This document shows, piece after piece, positions 7,027 through 13,100 of a stretch of DNA of 24,364 nt. The stretch spans positions 1 through 24,364 of the IMG/VR virus record IMGVR_UViG_3300021961_000614; one strand, given 5' to 3'. How positions within the stretch are numbered: the stretch's first letter is position 1; every line of letters begins with the position of its first letter. The notes below the pieces were generated by a model that was not told the DNA's origin, searched no databases, and saw only the letters and a program-made list of their open reading frames with translations. Source of the stretch: a virus. Taxonomy: Duplodnaviria; Caudoviricetes. The translations under genes were made by a program, and so were the position numbers.

Positions 7027-9346
7027 CCCGCTGATTGCAGCGCTCAAGGACGAGGAAGTCCGCCGTAAGTACGCCCTGCTGCCTCCAGAGAGGCGGGCTG
7101 CGTTCGATTGGCGGGCTAAGTGGCTGTCCAACGCCCATGACCACCAGATCCTTCCCCCGGGCGACTGGTGGACGATCTGGCTGCTTTTGGCAGGCCGGGG
7201 AGCGGGCAAGACCCGTACCGCTGCCGAGCAGATCGGCTGGTGGGCTTGGGAGCAGCCGGGGACTCGCTGGCTCGTAGCCGCCCCTACCTCGATGGATGTG
7301 CGCTCTACCTGCTTTGAGGGTGAGTCAGGGCTGCTGGCTGTCATCCCCGAGATCCTGATTGCCGACTACAACCGGGCGTATCACGAGATCAAGCTAACCA
7401 ACGGGTCGCTGATCAAGGGTGTACCTGCCTCGGAGCCTGAGCGCTTCCGGGGTGGTCAGTATCACGGGGCTTGGCTGGACGAGTTGGCCGCGTGGGAGTA
7501 CCTGCAAGAGGCGTGGGACATGATCATGTTCTCGGTTCGCCTAGGGACCAGAACCCGCATCCTTGCCACCACAACGCCTAAGCCCAAGGACTTGATCATC
7601 GAGTTGATCGGCAGGGAGGGCGACGACGTTCACCTCACGACCGCGTCAACCTACGCCAACCTCGATCACCTAGCGCCAAGCTTCAAGAAGCAGATCCTGC
7701 AGTACGAGGGCACCAAGCTGGGCCGTCAGGAGATCTACGCCGAGATCATCGACCCAGAAGAGGGTGGCATCGTCCAGAGGGAATGGTTCAAGCTCTGGCC
7801 TGCAGAAAAGCCCCTGCCGAAGCTAGAGTTCGTGATCCAGTCCTATGACTGCGCCTTTACCGAGAAGGCCCACAACGACCCGACGGCTGCAATCACCTTC
7901 GGGGTCTTCAAGCCGATGGATGGCGGGATGTCTGTCCTGATCATGGACTGCTGGCAAGACCGGCTGCAGTACCCCGACCTCAAGCCCAAGGTCATCGACG
8001 AGTACGAGACCGTCTTTGGGGAGGGCAAGGACAAGAAGCGGGTGGATCTGGTGCTAGTCGAGGACAAGGCCGCAGGGATATCCCTGATCCAAGACCTTCA
8101 GAGGGCGCATGTCCCGGCAAGGGCGTACAACCCGGGCAGGGCTGACAAGATCCAGCGCCTGTCGATCGTTGCCAACATCATCAGGGCCGGAAGAGTCTGG
8201 GTGCCAGAGTCAACGAACCGTAAGGGCTATGTAAGGGACTGGGCCGAGGGCATGGTCTCGCAAGTGTGTTCTTTTCCCAACACTGACCATGACGACTTCT
8301 GTGTGGATGCAGATTCCTTGGTGGCGATGGCTGACGGGTCGTTCAAACGGATCGCTGACGTTGTTGTTGGGGAGATGGTCAAAACACCAGCCGGTTCAAG
8401 AAGGGTGGTGAAGGTTCACGAAAACGGGATCAAGGAGGTTTGGAAGGTTCTGGCTAATGGGCGCGAATTGCTTGCTACAGCGAATCATGAAGTGTTCACA
8501 GACAAAGGCTGGGTAAGGATTGATTGCTTGAGTCAGGCAGTCCATAATGTATGCGTCAACGAAAGGGGTGGCGCATGGCATTTCAAAGGAAGCTTGGGAT
8601 TGCGGTGGAGTCGGTTGTCTTCAATGGCCGCAGGTATAACCGGTACCCTGAAAGCAGCAATCCAGCGCATCGGCGGTACTTCGCCCGGGCTGGGCACAGG
8701 CTCCATCGAGATGTGTGGGAGTTTTACAACGGCCCGATCCCACGAGGGATGCACATCCATCACATCGACGGGGACACGACAAACAACGAGATTGCCAATC
8801 TGGAATGCGTACCAGAAACGGACCACAGGAGGCATCACGGCGCTTCAGAGCGAACAGATAAGCAACGCCAGCACCTTGAGTCCATCAGGCCTAAAGCAGC
8901 GCAGTGGCACCGATCTGAAGAAGGAAGGATTTGGCACAGAGAGCATGCCAAAGCGTCTCTGGCAAAGACTTGGGGAAAGCCTCGGGCGTTTCCTAGCCTC
9001 GCCTTCCAGTGCTTTTGGTGTGGCTCTAAAGCGCAAGCAAAGTCCAAGCTCAAGCGATTTTGCGGGACGGCCTGCCAATCTGCAGAGTCCAAGTTTCGTC
9101 TCGGTAAAAGCCGTACACAACACCCACACCATGCGGCCAGTGTTCGACCTGACGGTGGAGGGTGAGCACTGCTACTACGCCAACGGAATCCTTGTGCATA
9201 ACTGTGACGCCCTGTCGCAGGCATTGCGGTACTTACGGGATGCAGGCTTCCTGAACATCGACCCGCCCCCGCCAGACTATCTGGACGAGGAGGACTACAT
9301 CGATGCGGGAATGTCTCGCAGGACAGAGAACCCCTACGCGGTGTAA
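7019..9346 (+). CDS. terL: Terminase large subunit precursor containing an intein (about 474 aa after splicing)
   Basis: Walker A AGRGAGKT, Walker B AWLDELAAW, coupling motif TTTP; nuclease residues QSYDCA, VEDKAAG, and HDDF|CDALSQAL, which is split by the intein. Confidence 0.95.
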   Translation: MVDPLIAALKDEEVRRKYALLPPERRAAFDWRAKWLSNAHDHQILPPGDWWTIWLLLAGRGAGKTRTAAEQIGWWAWEQPGTRWLVAAPTSMDVRSTCFEGESGLLAVIPEILIADYNRAYHEIKLTNGSLIKGVPASEPERFRGGQYHGAWLDELAAWEYLQEAWDMIMFSVRLGTRTRILATTTPKPKDLIIELIGREGDDVHLTTASTYANLDHLAPSFKKQILQYEGTKLGRQEIYAEIIDPEEGGIVQREWFKLWPAEKPLPKLEFVIQSYDCAFTEKAHNDPTAAITFGVFKPMDGGMSVLIMDCWQDRLQYPDLKPKVIDEYETVFGEGKDKKRVDLVLVEDKAAGISLIQDLQRAHVPARAYNPGRADKIQRLSIVANIIRAGRVWVPESTNRKGYVRDWAEGMVSQVCSFPNTDHDDFCVDADSLVAMADGSFKRIADVVVGEMVKTPAGSRRVVKVHENGIKEVWKVLANGRELLATANHEVFTDKGWVRIDCLSQAVHNVCVNERGGAWHFKGSLGLRWSRLSSMAAGITGTLKAAIQRIGGTSPGLGTGSIEMCGSFTTARSHEGCTSITSTGTRQTTRLPIWNAYQKRTTGGITALQSEQISNASTLSPSGLKQRSGTDLKKEGFGTESMPKRLWQRLGESLGRFLASPSSAFGVALKRKQSPSSSDFAGRPANLQSPSFVSVKAVHNTHTMRPVFDLTVEGEHCYYANGILVHNCDALSQALRYLRDAGFLNIDPPPPDYLDEEDYIDAGMSRRTENPYAV
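8300..9202 (+). mobile_element. Intein (301 aa, residues 428-728 of the TerL precursor)
   Basis: Block A CVDADSLVAMADGSFKRIADVVVGEMV, block B LLATANHEVFT, block F VFDLTVEGEHCYYANG, block G ILVHN/C. Removing it restores HDDFCDALSQAL. Confidence 0.95.
8575..9165 (+). CDS. HNH homing endonuclease nested out of frame inside the intein (196 aa)
   Basis: LHRDVWEFYNGPIPRGMHIHHIDGDTTNNEIANLECV...H (HNH_3 type) plus a C-terminal CFWC...FCGTAC zinc finger; own RBS-like AAAGGGGTG before ATG 8575; frame offset +2 from terL. Confidence 0.88.
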   Translation: MAFQRKLGIAVESVVFNGRRYNRYPESSNPAHRRYFARAGHRLHRDVWEFYNGPIPRGMHIHHIDGDTTNNEIANLECVPETDHRRHHGASERTDKQRQHLESIRPKAAQWHRSEEGRIWHREHAKASLAKTWGKPRAFPSLAFQCFWCGSKAQAKSKLKRFCGTACQSAESKFRLGKSRTQHPHHAASVRPDGGG

Positions 9347-9347
9347 G

Positions 9348-9538
9348 TCACCCTAATTTAGGGTGAAAAGTAACGTGATGTACATCGCGTCATTTTGACG
9401 TTATCTAGTTATCGTCACTTTCATACCCCCGACCCACCAGTCGCCCCGACCGAGAGGTCGCCCCGACCCGCGGGTCGTCACCCCAATATCCTCCCTGTTT
9501 AGGGTGAAAAGTGACGCTATCTAGTTAACGTCACTTTT
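9348..9538. repeat. Cluster of palindromes and direct repeats flanking three 17-bp iteron-like units
   Basis: TCACCCTAA-T-TTAGGGTGA (9348-9366); GATGTACATC (9377-9386); TTTAGGGTGAAAAGTRACG at 9357 and 9498; TGACGYTATCTAGTTAWCGTCACTTT at 9396 and 9512; three CCCCGAC-N6-GTCG units (9427-9477). Confidence 0.85.
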
Positions 9539-9571
9539 TCGGAAAGGTGAGGGGGTTTTTCTGAACGATAC

Positions 9572-9599
9572 TTGCAGTGAGTCTGCAGTTTGATATAAT
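9572..9599 (+). promoter_or_regulatory. Strong sigma70-type promoter
   Basis: TTGCAG (9572-9577), 16 bp, perfect TATAAT (9594-9599) with an extended -10 TG at 9591-9592. Confidence 0.75.
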
Positions 9600-9605
9600 T
9601 CATCT

Positions 9606-10090
9606 GTCTGGAGTGGCATCCGGGCGATGAACAAATAGGCAAACCCCGCAGGGTACTGTGTGGTCTTGTCGTACAGCAAGCGAGTCTTTTGACCTATTTG
9701 TTCAATCGCCTTGTTGTTGCTCCCGCCAAGAGCCAAGACCACAGAGCATCTTGCGGGGTTTTTGCTTTTGGCGCGGACAAGACGGGAGTCAGGTTGATCT
9801 TGACTTGTAGGCATGGTCTCCATGTCGAAACCAGTAATGGCACCGTAGTCAGGGCGCTTTAGCTAACGGGGCAGAAATCTCCCGCACCCAGATACAGACA
9901 ACCGTTTCAGCAAGACCCAACTGAAACGGGCCAGCCTAGGTTGAGGGACTGGCGCAGGCATGCTTGATAGGTGACGGCCCCGTTGCAAGCATCCCGATGA
10001 ATCAACCCGTCCAGCGCACTTGGCCCGGTCAGGATCAGAAGAATCCCCCGGGCGGAGAGTGAACCTCCAGCAGGGTCACCCGGGGAAGCT
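9606..10090 (+). ncRNA. Long structured leader or non-coding RNA with C4-like alternative pairings
   Basis: Starts just after the TATAAT box. Complementary segments 9623-9639/9693-9710, 9641-9668/9734-9761 and 9721-9733/9764-9777; further hairpins at 9902-9929, 9960-9992 and 10046-10085; no credible CDS. Confidence 0.55.
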
Positions 10091-10145
10091 ATGCACACAG
10101 AGAACAAAGCGGCATAATCAAACAAATTCCGCCCTGAGGTTTGCA

Positions 10146-13100
10146 ATGGCACTACCCTCTGACATCCCGACCCCTGAGAACCTTGAGCGCAGCCGACAAC
10201 AAGTCGAAGAAGAGCAGCGCAGAAAAGCTGAAAGGGATGCCAAGCTTTCCCCGCTTGATAAGGCCTTCGGTGCTTACGAGGCTGCAAGAACAATTGGATC
10301 GGCGCTGTATCAAAATGCCGCATCATTTCCAACTTTCCTGTCTCAGGGTCAGGAAGCTGCAGACAAGCAGGTTGCCGAGAGGATGTTCATTCCCAAGACA
10401 GAACAGGGGATGGACTACCTGCAAAACACCGGGCAGTTCCTAGAAAAGCTTGAGACCGAGTACAAGATCCCGCCGGTTCTTCCGCAGGTGGCTGCGCTGG
10501 AAGGGATCGCAGGACCGGCAATAAAGCAGGCGGCTCGTGCTGCTGGCGAGGCAATGCCACCGATGAGCGGATCTGGTGTAAGAGGGCTGGCTTATCAGGA
10601 AGGGGCAATCAAGCCTTTTGGGGGCCAATGGTTCAAAGATACTATCTTTGATAAACCCTCAGATAAGCAACCGCACCTGCAGGCTCTTGAGAGGGATTTG
10701 CAAGATCCAAACATCTCTGCAGCGAACAAAGAGATCCTGCAGCGTCAGTACACCCATTTGAAGAACACTGACGCCCTGAAGCGCTGGGAAAAGGGCAACC
10801 TTGCCAATTACATCAAGAACAAGATGGGGACGCCGGAAGACCCGATACGGGAGCTTGCGGAAAGAGGGATAACGCATATCCCGCAAGATCCTGATTGGAA
10901 CGAATACGTTGCTATCCCGCAGTCAGTTGCAAAGAAACGTCAGGAAGCTGGGTTCCCCGCTGAAGGGGTTGGTAAGTCTCCACTGGCAAGACTTTGGGAG
11001 TCAATGGCTGACGAGGCTATCTTCCCGGAGAAGGCATCAACCTACCAAGCAGCCTCGCAGGCTAGGGGTCGGCTTTCTGAGATGCAACCTGATTTGGCTG
11101 CTGGTGTAGAAAGGGTTAACCGATCATTTGAAGAAAGCCTGAGAAACTCTGGTCTTCCAGCATCGGAAGTTAAAAACCGAAGCCTTTATACCCATGTTGC
11201 GGACAAGGCAAGGTTAGTTAAAGATAAGGATTTTGAATCTTTGTGGGGTGAGCAAGACAGGCTCAATAAAATATTAAGTGGAACTACTGGTTATATTGCA
11301 AAGCAAAACCCTTGGATTTCAAAGTTAGATCCCGATGAGCCGGTATATCGTGCAAAGATCCGCAATCTAGGGTTTGACCATGTTTTGGACGTTTTGCGCG
11401 AGGATATGAATGCTGGTCGCATTCGTCCCGATCAACTCAACAAAATGAGCATTGAAGATGCCATCAAGCGTACCCATGAGTACGACCAAGCGATGGCAAA
11501 GAAGATGCGCGAGACAACCGCCGCTGTCCGCGAGGGTTTGCCGGTCTACAAGCAGTACCCGGAGGGATACCGCTGGATCGAGCTAAACAAGCCCGGATCG
11601 TTCGCGCACGAGTCCGACATGATGGGGCACTCTGTGCGTGGCTACGAGCCTCCTAAGGGCCACGAAGACTGGGTGGAGACATCCAAAGACTACGGCAGTG
11701 AGGGTTACGGTCACGGTGGTTGGGATGCCATTAAGAGCGGCAGGGCCAAGGTCTACTCGCTGGTAGACGAGAAGGGTGAGCCGCATGTGACGGTGGAGGT
11801 TGCGAAAGACTCTCCCAAGAAAAGTGATTTGGAGCGTCAGCCGCAAGAGGTGCAAAATGAATTCAACCGGCTGCTTGATAATTGGTTAAGCAATTTGGAT
11901 TACCGTCCAAATCAAGAAGATTATTTAGAAAAAACAGACCAACTATTTAGACATCTTGGAATAGATACAAAGCCGTATATTTCACAGATCAAAGGCAAAT
12001 CAAACCAAGCGCCAAAAGAAACCTACCTGCCGTTCGTGCAGGACTTCGTGCGGGGCGGGAAGTGGTCTCAGATCAATGACACTCGCAATGCTGGCCTGCG
12101 TCGATATGGCGATGTGTTTAACGTCAACGAGCAGCGCAAGATCGAGTCTTTGGGCGGGAATGTGCCTGACCATGAGTGGCTGACCGGCGAGGAGATTCAG
12201 CAACTGCACAACCTGATCACGCCGGAAGGCGGTCGCCTGAAGTACGACTCCAAGGGCAACATCATCGGCGGAGATGGCAAGAGCGGCTACAAGCAAGGCG
12301 GCAAGGTTCACATCTCCAGCAACCCTGACACGATGCGTATCGAATTGGCTGAAGGCAAGAAGATGCAGTTTGGTGGCATCGCAAAAGCCGCAGCCAAGAG
12401 CGCAGCTAAAGCCGCGAAAGAAGCGCCATCCGTTGTCATTCCGAGCAAGGTTAGCCAACTGCAGGAAGCCATCCGCCAAAGCAAGGGTGAGTACGGCGCA
12501 AAGCGAGTTCAACGCGCTGCAGATGAAATCAAGAACCTTGAGCAGATGTATCAAGAGGAGGCATTGCGCCAAGCATTTTCTGGGGATAACGCCAAGGCTT
12601 TGGTGACAATGAACCCGGCGGACTTTGAGAAATACGCCGTTGAGTTGCAAAAGCGCACCGAAATTGGCCCGGAAATGGCCAAGTTAGCCCAGAGCGGTGA
12701 GATTGATAAAAGCATCATGACAACGGATGAATACATCCGGCACTTGCTTAACCTGCAAGGCGGGTTTGCCGATATCCCGTTCCTGTCTTTGTTTAAGGAC
12801 GAGGTTGGCGTACCAGTCAAACCGCAAGTGAGAGGCCATGAGGGGCGGCACAGAAGCCGAGCTTTGGCACAAAGAGGGGAGCCGTCCAGTCTTGTAACTG
12901 TTTTCCCGCGTGGAGATTTGCGTGAAGCACTGCCGCGCAGGTCGCAAGAGGAGTACATCGAGGCGCTCAAAGAAGAGATGGAAAGGTCTGGTCGTCTTGT
13001 GATGCCTGAGGTTGAGGGCTCGTTGCGCCGCCCAGCGATTGAATTCCCCGATGTGTACGCTGAAGGCGGAAGCGTCAAGATGCAGTTTGGTGGCATCGCA

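Noticed and set aside
8300-9202. terL insertion as a group I intron or an assembly frameshift
   Set aside because: All intein blocks are in frame with both exteins and the terL frame is uninterrupted; an error would need two compensating indels, and the HNH has its own start signals.
10020-10145. TTG start for the large protein
   Set aside because: Lies in the structured leader with no RBS; ATG 10146 has GAGGT at a normal distance.
9600-10145. tRNA, tmRNA or RNase P gene
   Set aside because: No cloverleaf with a TTCGA T-loop and acceptor stem, no tmRNA termini and no RNase P GGAAAGTCC motif found by eye.
9521-10332. Minus-strand ORFs 9521-9823 and 9907-10332
   Set aside because: No motifs or clear RBS; they cross the promoter, the structured RNA and the start of the large gene.
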